Positions 44,428 to 55,527 of a stretch of DNA of 64,000 nt are shown piece by piece. The notes beneath the pieces were generated by a model, which was not told where the DNA came from, ran no database searches, and saw nothing but the letters and a program-made list of their open reading frames with translations. The translations under genes and the position numbers were made by a program. The DNA is from an uncultured delta proteobacterium (lineage in GTDB: Bacteria > Myxococcota > Myxococcia > Myxococcales > Myxococcaceae), in the NCBI GenBank assembly GCA_963771175.1, contig CAVYSY010000051.1:128001-192000 (forward strand), written 5' to 3'. How positions within the stretch are numbered: position 1 is the stretch's first letter; every line of letters begins with the position of its first letter.

Positions 44428-45639
44428 ATGGCCAAGACCCCCGCGAAGTCCAAGAAGAACCTGCGCTCCCACTACGCGGGCGCGCGCAAGGCGGACCCTC
44501 GTCCCATCACCGGCAAGGAGAGCCCCAGCGAGCTGCTCGAGCACGCCTTCTCGGCCTACGTGGGCCGCCAGGAGCGCACCGCGTTCGAGCTGATGCGCCG
44601 CTCCATGGAGGAGGATGCCTCCATCTTCCTCACGCTCTCGGGCGCGATGACGCCGGCGGGTCTGCACCAGAGCTGCATCATCCCGCTCATCGAGAAGGGC
44701 GTCATCTCGGCGCTCACCACCACCGGCGCCAACCTCTACCACGACGCCCACCGCATCATCGGCCACGCCATCCGCGAGGTGAACCCCAACGCGGGTGACC
44801 TCCAGTACCGCCTGGCGCGCATCATCCGCATCTACGACCTGGGCTTCTGGGAGGAGGCGCTGCTCGACACCGACCGCCTCTTCTCCGCGCTCCTGCGCCG
44901 CCCCGAGTTCCAGCGGAAGATGACCACCCCCGAGTTCCACTACCTGCTCGGCAAGAACATCCAGGCGATTGAAAAGCAGCTCGGCGTGAAGCAGCCCTCG
45001 CTGCTGTCCACCTGCTACAAGCATGCCGTGCCCATCTTCGTGGGCGCGGTGCAGGACGGCTCCATCTTCCTCAACGCCGTCAAGCTCAAGCGCCTGCTCG
45101 GGCCCGAGTTCAAGTTCGAGATCGACATCAACGACGACGTCTACTGGATGGCGGCGCTCCAGCACTACAGCCGCCACCACTTCTCCAACAAGATGGCCAT
45201 CTGGATCCTCGGCGGCGGCGTGCCCAAGAACTACACGCTGCAGGGCGAGCCGCTGCTGGACCAGATTCTCGGCGTGCCCACGGACGGCTTCGACATCGAC
45301 GTGCAGTTCTGCGTGGACCCGGTGGACAACGGGGCGCTGTCGAGCTGCCCGGCCGGTGAGGGCCACACCTGGGGCAAGGTGTCCATGGAGGCGGTGGAGG
45401 TGGGCTCCATGTACGTCCACACCGACGTCACGGCCGTCTTCCCGTGGCTCACCCACGCGCTGCTGAGCGACTCCAAGATGAAGCGCAAGCCGCGCCGGCT
45501 CATGGACGTCATGCAGGAGGCGGTGACCTTCCTCGACAAGGACGTGCAGAAGCGCCGCAAGTCGCTGCTGAAGACGATCGACTGGAGCCCGGACGAGGAG
45601 AAGCCCAACCCGGACGAGCACACCGCCTACGTTCGTTGA
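44428..45639 (+). CDS. Deoxyhypusine synthase-like protein
   Basis: LSGAMTPAG, TTGANLYHD, DGSI, LGGGVPKN, GALSSCPAGEGHTWGK with the catalytic Lys. Confidence 0.9.
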   Translation: MAKTPAKSKKNLRSHYAGARKADPRPITGKESPSELLEHAFSAYVGRQERTAFELMRRSMEEDASIFLTLSGAMTPAGLHQSCIIPLIEKGVISALTTTGANLYHDAHRIIGHAIREVNPNAGDLQYRLARIIRIYDLGFWEEALLDTDRLFSALLRRPEFQRKMTTPEFHYLLGKNIQAIEKQLGVKQPSLLSTCYKHAVPIFVGAVQDGSIFLNAVKLKRLLGPEFKFEIDINDDVYWMAALQHYSRHHFSNKMAIWILGGGVPKNYTLQGEPLLDQILGVPTDGFDIDVQFCVDPVDNGALSSCPAGEGHTWGKVSMEAVEVGSMYVHTDVTAVFPWLTHALLSDSKMKRKPRRLMDVMQEAVTFLDKDVQKRRKSLLKTIDWSPDEEKPNPDEHTAYVR

Positions 45640-45645
45640 GGAGTC

Positions 45646-46098
45646 ATGACCATGAGCCAACCGACTCCCGCCACCGGCGTGGTGATGACCGTCGAGAGCG
45701 CGCCGGGCTTCCACTGCCGGCTCGAGCACGGCCCCTCCGGCACGAAGATCACCACCGAGGCCCCCAAGGACAACGGCGGCACCGGCATGTCCTTCTCGCC
45801 CACGGACCTCGTGGGTGCGGCGCTCGCCTCCTGCGCCCTCACCACCATGGCGCTGGCGGCCTCGCGTGAGGGGATTCCCCTCGGCGACGCGCGGGCCCGG
45901 GTGGAGAAGCGGATGACGCCTCCGCCCCGCCGCATCGGTGAGCTGGTGCTGGAGATCGACATGCCCGCGGGCCTGTCCGCCGCGCAGCGCACCCGGCTGG
46001 AGGAGGTGGCGCACGGCTGTCCCGTCATGCGCAGCCTCCACCCGGACGTGAAGCTGCCGGTGACCTTCCGCTACCCGGACGCGCCCCGCCAGGACTGA
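45646..46098 (+). CDS. OsmC family protein
   Basis: GGTGMSFSPTDLVGAALASC ... CPVMRSL. Confidence 0.9.
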   Translation: MTMSQPTPATGVVMTVESAPGFHCRLEHGPSGTKITTEAPKDNGGTGMSFSPTDLVGAALASCALTTMALAASREGIPLGDARARVEKRMTPPPRRIGELVLEIDMPAGLSAAQRTRLEEVAHGCPVMRSLHPDVKLPVTFRYPDAPRQD

Positions 46099-46208
46099 AG
46101 GGCTCGTCCCGTCGCCTGCTCCTCGAACACCCGGGCACGGTGCCATGCGCCGTGACCCGGGAATGCCGACCCTCCCTTGGGGGAGGGGCGAGCACGAGGA
46201 GGGTCGCG

Positions 46209-46745
46209 TTGAACCTGGACCTGTTGCGGATCTACCTGAACGACCATCTCGCGGGCTCCATGGTGGGCCTGGAGCTGGCCCGCAGGACGAAGGCGGAGAA
46301 CGCGGGCAACCCGGTGGGCGAGTACTACGCCGAGCTCGTGCCCGAGCTGCGGGAGGATCGCGCGACGCTCATCGGCGTGATGGCGGCGCTGGGGCTGAAG
46401 CGCGACGCGGTGAAGCAGGGCGCGGCCTGGGTGGGCGAGAAGCTGGGGCGGCTGAAGCTCAACGGGCGGCTCACGGGCTACTCGCCGCTGAGCCGGGTGG
46501 TGGAGCTGGAGGGGCTGTGCCTGGGCACCGAGGGGCGGCTGTCGCTGTGGCGGACGCTGCGGCGGCTGGCGCGCAAGGACGAGCGCCTGGGCCGCTTCGA
46601 CTTCACCACGCTCATCACCCGGACGGAGTACCAGCGGCGCACGCTGGAGCGGCTGCGGCAGCAGGCCGCGGACGGGGCCTTCCTGGAGCCCGGTGAGGCC
46701 TCGGTGGTGCGCCTCACTCCCGCTCCCTCCGGACGGAGCGGGTGA
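46209..46745 (+). CDS. Hypothetical helical protein, possibly ferritin-like fold
   Basis: AGGAGG RBS with TTG start; IYLNDHLAGS, EKLGRLKLNGRL..SPLSRVVELEGL. Confidence 0.75.
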   Translation: MNLDLLRIYLNDHLAGSMVGLELARRTKAENAGNPVGEYYAELVPELREDRATLIGVMAALGLKRDAVKQGAAWVGEKLGRLKLNGRLTGYSPLSRVVELEGLCLGTEGRLSLWRTLRRLARKDERLGRFDFTTLITRTEYQRRTLERLRQQAADGAFLEPGEASVVRLTPAPSGRSG

Positions 46746-46796
46746 GGCCGTAGCGGAGCGGGATTCTCGCGGGGGATGCGCCTATAAGGTGCCCCC

Positions 46797-49127
46797 ATGG
46801 ATTCCAAGTTGCGTCAGGTGGTGGAGCTGTTGGTGGGGGAGGGGCAGGTGGCGTGGACCACCGCGAAGCCTCTCCCGGGGGACGAGCCCGGCGCGCGCGA
46901 GCTGTTCATCAGCGTGGGCTCGCGAGCCGAGGCCCTGCCGCCTCACCCGCGCATGCTGGCGTGGAAGCTGCCCCAGTGGACGCGGTGCTCGGTGCGCTCC
47001 ACCACGGGCGCCGTCCTCCTGTCCGCCGCCGAGCTCGATGCCCTCGCCCAGGAGCTGAAGCAGGGGCAGCCCGAGGGCTCGATCGGGCCCCTCACGCTGC
47101 GCCTCCACGAGCCGACCCTCGACGTCCTCTGCGCCACCCTGCTGGCCGTGTACCGGCTCCTCCACCACTCCTGGCCCGAGAGCGCCGAGGCGCTCGCCGA
47201 GTACGTGGGCGAGTGGGAGCAGGGCCACACCGAGTCGGCGGGCGAGTACGAGCGCGCCCTGGGCACGGTGTTCTACGCGGCCCTCGACCTCTGGCCCACC
47301 TCGGAAGAAGGTCGCCCCGCCCGCGAGCTGGTGGAGCTGATGGCCACCGTGCTGCGGACGGTCCGCCACCCCTCGGACCTGGCGAAGCTGCCCGAGGCGC
47401 TCGTCCCCGTGGCCATCTCCCGGCGCCTCAAGGCGGATGAGTTGCTGTACCGAGCCGAGCTGTCCCGCGCCCAGCGCGTGCAGATCGATCTGCCGCTCGG
47501 CGAGGAGGAGGGGGCGCCCGTGCGGCGGGTGGATGCGCTCTTCCTGTCCTCCTTCCAGGACGTCACCGTGCTCCGGATCCTCGCGCGCGGCGACACGGTG
47601 AATACCTACTACGGCCAGGGCTTCGACCTCATGGCCATCCACACCGCGCGGCCGGGCCAGACCCGGGCCGGGCACTCCTTCTCGCTCACCCCCGAGCGCG
47701 CGGGGACGCTCGCGAACCTCGCGGGCTGGTTGGACGAGCTCGAGGGGGAGCGGCTGCCGGATGGGACGCCGCGCGCGAAGGGGAGGCGGCGCTTCGAGCG
47801 ACAGCCCAACGACTACTCGGACCCGTGGTACTCGGACGGCTACGCCAGCCCCGTGGGCCGCACGACGATGGTGGCGGCGCCGTACTCGGGCACCCGGCTG
47901 TCCCGCCGCGAGCTGTGGGAGGCGCTCTGGAACCGCTTCAACGTCGGGCGCAACGTCCACGTCCTCCGGGCCCACACCGTCTTCGCCCGGCCCTTCCTGT
48001 GGCGGGGGCTCGCGCCGGACGCGGAGCTCCTGTCCCGGGGCTTCCGTCGCTGCGACCTCTCCGCTCAAGGCGGGGCCTTCCACCCCGCGGTGGTCAACTC
48101 CTTCCTGGGGGCTACGCAGGAAGCGGACGTGCTGCACTACGAGAAGCCCACGGACGGCCACAACGTTCGCGTCTCCGTCTACCCGAACCGGCTCGTCGTC
48201 GTGTGGGTCGAGCGTCCCCGGAAGGAGGAGACCTCGCTGTACGAGCTCGCCCAGGAGCAGGCGGCGCTCGCGGAGAGCCGGGAGTTGTGGGACCTGGAGC
48301 CCCTGCGGGGACTGACGCCCTGGCTCGCGCCGCTGGGCCCGGAGCGGTGGCTCGTCTACGGCGCCTACCGCATCTCGCGGGGCCGCTCGTCGATGCTCGA
48401 TGACTCGCGCTCCATGCAGGGGCTCTTCCACGCGCTCGCCTCGGGGACGGAGCCCACCCTGGAGAAGCTTCCGTCGGAGGCCGCGGCGGAGAGCCGGCGG
48501 GTGCTCCGCGACGCGGCCGGGGAGACGGAGCACTGGCTGACGTCCACCGGAGGCGCCCGGGTCGAGTTCCTCATCGAGGAGGAGGAGCGCGGGCCGCTCG
48601 CGAGTGATCGGGACTTCCTCCTCTTCCTGCTCACCATCGGCCAGCGCTACTCGGCCTTCGAGACGAGCCGGCGCATGGCCGAGGTGGAGCAGCGCTACCG
48701 CACCTCGCGCTGGCAGAGCCTCCGGCCCGCGCGCAGCGTCCGCGCGGACGTGATGCTGTTCACCAACTCCCTGTGGCACACGCGCGTGAGCGAGGATCCG
48801 GACGTCAACGCGCGCTACCTCGCCTGGCACTCGCTGCACGGGTTGCAGGAGACGGTGACGGCCATGAAGGATCAGGCCTCGGAGCTGGACCAGTACAAGA
48901 GAGATCAGTTCGACCGGATGGTGGGCTTCCTGGTGTTCGTCTTCCTGCCGGTGAGCCTCGCGTGCGGGTTCTTCTCCGGCGCGCAGTTCCAGGACATGAG
49001 CCCCGCAGTGGGCATCCCGGGCGCCACCACCGGATGGATCATCTTCCTCGGCTACACCGCGGCCTTCACGGTGCTCGTCTTTGGCACCGTGTTCTTTGCC
49101 CGGGTGATGAGCTGGCGCCGACGTTGA
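46797..49127 (+). CDS. 776-aa membrane protein: degenerate DHH-like N-terminal domain plus CorA-like domain with two C-terminal TM helices
   Basis: Intact ORF; C-terminal DRMVGFLVFVFLPVSLACGFFSG and a second TM helix in CorA topology; QR..S and FTN.LW...VS motifs. Confidence 0.7.
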   Translation: MDSKLRQVVELLVGEGQVAWTTAKPLPGDEPGARELFISVGSRAEALPPHPRMLAWKLPQWTRCSVRSTTGAVLLSAAELDALAQELKQGQPEGSIGPLTLRLHEPTLDVLCATLLAVYRLLHHSWPESAEALAEYVGEWEQGHTESAGEYERALGTVFYAALDLWPTSEEGRPARELVELMATVLRTVRHPSDLAKLPEALVPVAISRRLKADELLYRAELSRAQRVQIDLPLGEEEGAPVRRVDALFLSSFQDVTVLRILARGDTVNTYYGQGFDLMAIHTARPGQTRAGHSFSLTPERAGTLANLAGWLDELEGERLPDGTPRAKGRRRFERQPNDYSDPWYSDGYASPVGRTTMVAAPYSGTRLSRRELWEALWNRFNVGRNVHVLRAHTVFARPFLWRGLAPDAELLSRGFRRCDLSAQGGAFHPAVVNSFLGATQEADVLHYEKPTDGHNVRVSVYPNRLVVVWVERPRKEETSLYELAQEQAALAESRELWDLEPLRGLTPWLAPLGPERWLVYGAYRISRGRSSMLDDSRSMQGLFHALASGTEPTLEKLPSEAAAESRRVLRDAAGETEHWLTSTGGARVEFLIEEEERGPLASDRDFLLFLLTIGQRYSAFETSRRMAEVEQRYRTSRWQSLRPARSVRADVMLFTNSLWHTRVSEDPDVNARYLAWHSLHGLQETVTAMKDQASELDQYKRDQFDRMVGFLVFVFLPVSLACGFFSGAQFQDMSPAVGIPGATTGWIIFLGYTAAFTVLVFGTVFFARVMSWRRR

Positions 49128-49205
49128 GGTCGAAAGCCTTGGGTGGCTGGGACACCGGCCTGTAGATTCCGGCCGCTTTCCGCCTTCCTGGAGAGAAAGG
49201 ACGAA

Positions 49206-50060
49206 ATGAGGATGATGAAGAAGGTTCTCGGGTGTGTGGTGTCTGCTCTCGTGGTTCTCGCCGCGCTGCCGGCGTCGGCGCAGCTCGAGCTGCCCGCCGC
49301 GAGCCCGTCAGCGAAGGTGATGCAGGACGTCGGGCTGACCGAGGTGACGGTCGACTACTCCAGCCCCACGGTGAAGGGGCGCAAGATCTGGGGAGACCTG
49401 GTCCCCTTCGAGAAGCCGTGGCGGACCGGTGCCAACGCCTCCACGAAGATCACCTTCAGCCGCGATGTGACCTTCGGCGGGCAGCCGGTTCCGGCGGGCA
49501 CCTACGCGATCGTCTCCTTTCCCTCGGAGAAGGGCTGGACGGTCGCGCTGAACAAGGAGCTCGGCCTGTTCGGCGGCGGCAAGACCTACGATGCCAAGGA
49601 TGACGTCGTTCGCGTCTCCGCGACCACCGCGGAGATTCCCCTCCGCGAGCGGCTGACGTTCCTCTTCTCCAACACCACCGACGACCAGACGTCGCTCGAC
49701 CTGGAGTGGGAGAAGCTGCGCGTCTCGGTGCCCATCAAGGTCGACACGGCGGCGCATGCGCAGGCCAACATCCAGTCCGCGGTGAACGGCTCCTGGCGCT
49801 CCCTGGCCAACGCGGCGCGCTACGTGGCCGAGACGTCGAAGGACTACACCACGGCGCTGAAGTACGCGGACAACTCCCTGGCCATCCAGTCGCACTGGTA
49901 CAACAACTGGATCAAGGCCGAGATCCTGGCGCGCGCGGGCAAGTACGCCGAGGCCCGCAAGTTCGCGCAGGCGTCCTGGGACCTGGGCCAGAAGGACCCG
50001 GACTTCTTCTACAAGGACGCGGTCGCCAAGGCGCTCGTGGACTGGAAGGGCAAGAAGTAG
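49206..50060 (+). CDS. DUF2911 domain-containing exported protein with TPR-like tail
   Basis: Signal peptide; ASPSA.V.Q.VG, YSSP..KGRKIWG.LVP..WRTGAN. Confidence 0.9.
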   Translation: MRMMKKVLGCVVSALVVLAALPASAQLELPAASPSAKVMQDVGLTEVTVDYSSPTVKGRKIWGDLVPFEKPWRTGANASTKITFSRDVTFGGQPVPAGTYAIVSFPSEKGWTVALNKELGLFGGGKTYDAKDDVVRVSATTAEIPLRERLTFLFSNTTDDQTSLDLEWEKLRVSVPIKVDTAAHAQANIQSAVNGSWRSLANAARYVAETSKDYTTALKYADNSLAIQSHWYNNWIKAEILARAGKYAEARKFAQASWDLGQKDPDFFYKDAVAKALVDWKGKK

Positions 50061-50089
50061 TCGCGCCCGCCGTGTGAGCCTCCCGCCCT

Positions 50090-51255
50090 TCAGCGGTGGG
50101 AGGCTCCCGCCGCGAGGCGCCGGTAGAGGGCCTCGTAGCGGTCGATGGCCGGTGCGAGCTGGAAGTGCTCGAGGACGTGCTCGCGAGCGCGGCGCGAGAA
50201 GCGGCGCCAGCGCTCCGGGTCCTCGACGAGCGCGAGGACGTGGTCGGCCATGGCGGAGATGTCGCCCACTGGCGCGAGGTAGCCCGTCTTCCCGTGGTCG
50301 ACCTGCTCCGGGATGCCCCCGATGTTGCTCGCGACCACTGGAATCGCCGCAGCTCAGCGCCTCGAGCGCGGCGAGGCCGAAGCTCTCCTGCTCGCTCGGG
50401 AGGAGGAAGACATCGGCCGCGGCGAGCAGCTCGGTGAAGGTCTCCTGCTTGCCCAGGAAGGCCACGCGCTCCTCGAGGCCGAGCTCCCGGAGCCTGCGCT
50501 CGGCGGGGGAGCGCTCGGGGCCGTCACCAATCATCACCAGCCGGCAGGGCCTCCTGCGGTGGACCTCGGCGAAGACGGCCACCACGTCGCCGATGCGCTT
50601 GACCGGCCGGAAGTTCGAGACGTGGATGAGCACGGGCTCGTTCTCCGCCAGGTCGGGGAAGAGCAGGCGCAGGATGGCCCGGTCGCGGAGGGGCGCGTAG
50701 CGCTCCGTGTCGACGAAGTTGGGGATGACGTCGATGGGGCAGGTCTCCGGAGATGCCGAAGCCCTCCCAGGTGGCGCGCCGGAGGAACTCCGAGGGCGCG
50801 GTCACCGCGTCGCTGCGCAGGATGGAGAAGCGCGTGATGGGCAGGTAGTTGGGGTCGATGCCCACCAGCGTGGTGTCCGTGCCGTGGAGCGTCGTCACGA
50901 TGCGCGGCGCCTTGTCCCCCAGCACCTCGCGCGCCATCCAGGCCGCCGTGGCGTGGGGCACCGCGTAGTGGACGTGCAGGATGTCCAGGCGCTCGTAGCT
51001 GGCGACCTCGATCATCTTGGAGGCGAGCGCCAGCGGGTATGTCCCCGAGTGGAAGAGCGCCGGGTAGTCGCTCTCGGTCACCTCGTGGAAGATGACCTTG
51101 CGTGTCATGCCGTGGAGGCGCACCGGCAGATCGCGCGCGATGAAGTGGACGCGGTGGCCCCGGTCCGCCATCGCCAGGCCGATCTCGGTGGCGATCATGC
51201 CGCTGCCGCCAAAGGTGGGAAAGCAGGTGATGGCCAGGTTGAGAGGGTCGGTCAT
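50090..51255 (-). CDS. bshA: N-acetyl-alpha-D-glucosaminyl L-malate synthase (apparent indels near 50740 and 50345)
   Basis: ITCFPTFGGSG, YPLALASK, HVHYAVPHA, TTLHGTD, HVSNFRPVKR, ESFGLAALEA. Confidence 0.92.
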
Positions 51256-51288
51256 CGGCACTCGGGGAAGAACAGGGGCCGCGCGAAG

Positions 51289-52927
51289 CTATTCCGGATC
51301 ATGGCTCAGGTTCTTCAGGTTCCCGGAGAAGGGCTCACAGGCGTCGAGGACGAGGCGCGTGAAGGCTCGGCTCCCGAAGCGGCTCGCGTAGTACGGCAGC
51401 CCGTAGATGCGCTCCTGCGGCGCGCCCCCCGGGGCTAGATAGGCCCGCAGTCGGTCCAGGCGTTCGCTCGTCACCTGATCGCGCTGGGTGATGGCGCGGC
51501 GGTATCTGGCCACGAAGCGGGAGACACCTCCGCGCACGGTCTTGTCGGTGCGGGAGATGGCCCTGGCGAAGCTCGGATCGACGGTGGCCATGCGCTCGCC
51601 GAGGCGGGTGAGCTCGGCGGTGAAGGTGCCCAGGAGGCGGGCCTCGATGGCCTCGGGCGGCTCGAAGCCTTCCCCGGCCTCGCGGGCGACGAGACGGGCC
51701 AGCACTTCGTCACGCGGCGCGGTCGCGTCGTCCGGCGAGAGGCCGAGCTTGCCGAGCAGGCGGCGCGTGCGGTCATCGAGCACTCGGAACCGGGCGCGCG
51801 GCACGGTGAGGGGCATCGGGAGGCCGAGGTGCGCATACAGCGGCGCGAGCTGCGCGAAGTAGGCGAGCTCCCCCGGTCCGCCGACGTAGGCCGCCGTGGG
51901 GAGCCAGGTGTCCTGGAGGAGCGGGCGCAACAGGGCCGAGGTCGTGAAGCGCAGCGGCTCGCGGTCGAGCCAGGAGAGGAGCTCGGCCGTGGTCACGGAG
52001 GCGCCCTCCGGGTGGCCCACGAGGCTCCAGGTGCCCGGGGCGTCCGTGGGATCGAGTCGGTAGCGCGGACCCTCGATGCCGTCGGGCGAGAAGAAGCTGA
52101 GCGGCGCGCCTGGGCGGATGTGGACCTGCTCGGAGAAGCCCGCCTCGGCGAGGGCTCTGCCCCGTTCGGCGAGTCCGCTGGCGATTGCCGAGGCCTCTTC
52201 GAGGGCACGGCGGTGGATTGGCGCGGCCAGCGGCGCGAGGCGCGGGTCGCGCGGGTCGAGGAACACGAGCCCCTCGTCCGCGAAGAGGGCCGCGAGCACC
52301 TCGGCGAAGGCGTCCGCCATCGTCGCCTCGGGACGGTAGGCGCGCTCCAGCAGCTCCAGGTGCTCGTCCGCGTGGGGCTGGGTGCCCAGCTCGGCGCGCA
52401 GCGCGGCGAGCGCACCGGTGACGCTCTCGCCCAGGCGGCGGTGGGCGACCGGAACTCGCGAGGTGGCCGCGTCGGGCAGCTCGAGGGCCACTCGCAGGGG
52501 CTCTCCGGCGGAGCGCGGGACGAAGGCAGTGATCGATCTCGGGGAGGTCGTGGTCCTCCGTCTGCAGCCAGAAGACGGGGACGCAGGGCCGCCCTGTCTC
52601 TTCGGTCAGCGCGCGAGCGGCGACGATGGCGGCGGCGGCCTTGTAGAGGGTGAAGAGTGGCCCGAGGAAGAGCCCGACCTGCTGGCCCGTCACCACGACG
52701 GTGGTTCCAGGGCGGGCGAGCAGCTCCAGGTTCCGTTCGCGGGCGGGGCTCGGCGCGAGGCGCGCGTTGCGGGCCACGAGCGCCTCATGGAGCGCGGGTG
52801 CGAGGGCGCGCGACGCCGCGGCGGCCACGGCCTCGGCGCGGGAGGTCCGGTGGCGGAAGCGGTCGGGGAGGAATTCGAGGGCCCGCGGATCGCCGCGAAG
52901 CCAGGAGGCGGAGAAGGAGGAGGCCAC
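51289..52927 (-). CDS. bshC: Bacillithiol biosynthesis cysteine-adding enzyme (apparent indel near 52520)
   Basis: [59 protein letters not shown]. Confidence 0.92.
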
Positions 52928-53038
52928 GGCTCAGCGTGATAACAAGTCCGGGGCACCGGAGCGACGGGGAAGGGGCGCGGCCCGGCATTAGGATTCCTCG
53001 CGTCCGAGCCGTCTCGTTCCTTGTTAGGGTCCGCGCGA

Positions 53039-55527
53039 ATGCGGAACCTGCTCATCCTCGGAACGGCACTGGTCATGAGCCTCGGAGTCTGGTCGACGGC
53101 GCTCGCGCAACCTCCCCGGCAACCCCATGCAGGAGAGCTCGCGGCGGGCATCCGGCGCCTCGGTGTGACCGGCAGCGTGCTCTACGTGGCCGCCCACCCC
53201 GACGACGAGAACACGCGCCTCCTCGCCTGGCTGGCCGGAGGGCGTGGCCTTCGCGCGGGCTACCTCTCGATGACGCGCGGCGACGGCGGGCAGAACCTCA
53301 TCGGGACCGAGCAGGACGAGCTGCTCGGGCTCATCCGCACGCAGGAGCTGCTCGCGGCGCGCCGCATCGACGGCGCCGAGCAGTTCTTCACGCGCGCGCG
53401 CGACTTCGGCTACTCGAAGAGCGCCGACGAGACGCTGCGCATCTGGGGCCACGACGAGGTGCTGGCCGACGTCGTGCTCGCCATCCGCCGCTTCCGGCCC
53501 GACGTGATCGTCACGCGCTTCACCACGAAGCCGCCGAACCACGGCCACCACACCGCCTCGGCGCTCCTGGCCGAGGAGGCCTTCGCGGCCGCGGCCGATC
53601 CGACGCGCTTTCCCGAGCAGCTCGCAGACGCTCCAGCCGTGGAAGGCCGACCGGCTGCTGAACAACGTCTCGACCTGGAACCTGAAGCCGGACGCCGACA
53701 TGTCCGCCTACCTGAAGGTGGACGTCGGCGGCTACGACCCGCTCCTCGGACGCTCCTGGGGCGAGGTCGCGGCGGAGAGCCGCAGCCAGCACAAGAGCCA
53801 GGGCTTCGGCGTGGCGGCCGAGCGCGGGCCGCTGCTGGAGTACTTCGCGCCCCTCGCCGGGACGCGCCCGAAGGCCGACCTCTTCGAGGGGCTCGACCTC
53901 ACGTGGCGGCGATGGAGCGGCACGGAGAAGGTCGTCCAGGCCATCGGGGAGGCCGCGAATGGGTTCGACCCGCGCGCGACCCCACCTCAGCATCCCGGCG
54001 CTCCTGCGCGTCCACGAGGCGCTCTCGGCCCTGCCCGACGACAACCCGTGGAAGGCGCTCAAGCTGCGCGAGACCGAGGCGCTCATGGCCGCGTGCGCGG
54101 GCCTGTTCCTCGAGGCGCGCGCGGCGGAGGCGACGGCCGTACCGGGCAGCCAGGTGGCGTTGAACCTGATGGCGCTGAACCGCTCGCCCGCCGCGGTCCA
54201 GCTGGTGAGCGTGACGCTCCCGGGCGGCGAGTCCGTGGCGGCGGGCGCCGACCTGACGGAGCGGACTCCGTTCAAGCTCTCCAGGCCGGTGACGCTCCCC
54301 GAGGATGCGCGCATCTCCACGCCCTACTGGCTCCGCAAGCCCGTTGCAGGCGGCCTCTACACGCTGGACGAGCAGGATCGCGCGCTCGTCGGCCGGCCCG
54401 AGGGGGAGCCCGCCCTGGCGGTGACCTTCGTCTACGAGGTCGGCGGCAAGCGCTTCTCCGTGGTCCGGCCGGTGGTCTACGCGTGGACCGATCCGGTGCG
54501 CGGCGAGCTCTACCGCGCCTTCGAGGTGGTGCCCGCCGTCACGGCGACGCTCGAGCGGGAGGTCCTCATGTTCCCCAACGGCACGGCGCAGTCCGTCTCC
54601 GTCGTGCTGGCCGCGGGCCGCGCGGATGCCGCCGGCAAGGTCCGGCTCGAGGTGCCTCGGGGCTGGCGCGCCGAGCCCGCGGAGGTGCCGTTCCAGCTCG
54701 CCGCGCGCGGCGACGAGCGCACCGTCCGCTTCCAGGTCACCCCGCCCAAGGGCTCGGGCGAGCGGGGCCGCATGCGCGTCGTCGTCGACATCGGTGGCCG
54801 CTCCGAGTCGTGGCGCGTCCGCTCGGTGAACCACGAGCACATCCCTCCGCAGGCCGTACGCCAGCCGTCCGAGGCGACCCTGGTTCCCTTCACCCTGGCC
54901 ACGAAGGTGCGGCGGCTCGGCTACATCCCCGGGCCGGGTGACCGCGTGGCCGAGAGCCTCGCCGCCGTGGGCTACGAGGTGACGCTGCTTCCCGAGGAGC
55001 GTCTGGCCTCCGAGAAGCTCGAGCGCTTCGAGGCCATCCTCGTCGGCGTGCGCGCCTTCAACGCCAACCCGCGCCTCGCGCTCCACCACCAGCGGCTCAT
55101 GCAGTACGTGGAGAGGGGAGGGCGGCTGCTCGTCCAGTACAACACCAACAGCCGCGTGGGTCCGCTCAACGCGTCCATCGGCCCCTATCCCCTGGAGATC
55201 GGCCGAGAGCGCGTGACGGACGAGACCGCGGCGATGACGCCCGTGGATCCCAAGATGCCGCTCCTGCGCGGCCCCAACCCGCTCACGGCCGCCGACTTCG
55301 AGGGCTGGGTCCAGGAGCGCGGCCTCTACTTCGCCTCGAAGTGGGACGAGCGCTACCAGCCCGTCTTCGCCATGAACGATCCCGGCGAGGAGCCGCTCCG
55401 AGGTGGGCTCCTCGTCGCCCGCCACGGCAAGGGCATCTTCGTCTACACGGGCCTCGCCTTCTTCCGTCAGCTCCCCGCGGGCGTGCCCGGCGCCTACCGC
55501 CTGCTCGCGAACCTTCTCGCCCAATGA
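53039..55527 (+). CDS. Exported PIG-L/LmbE family deacetylase with accessory C-terminal domains (apparent indels)
   Basis: Signal peptide; AAHPDDE, TRGDGGQN, RTQELLAARR.DG, DFGYSK, HGHH, SQHKSQG; C-terminal FFRQLPAGVPGAYRL. Confidence 0.9.

Noticed and set aside
43825..46146. 1052-aa PHP fusion protein
   Set aside because: The upstream part is antisense to the Rrf2, DHS-like and OsmC genes; the PHP domain starts at GTG 43824.
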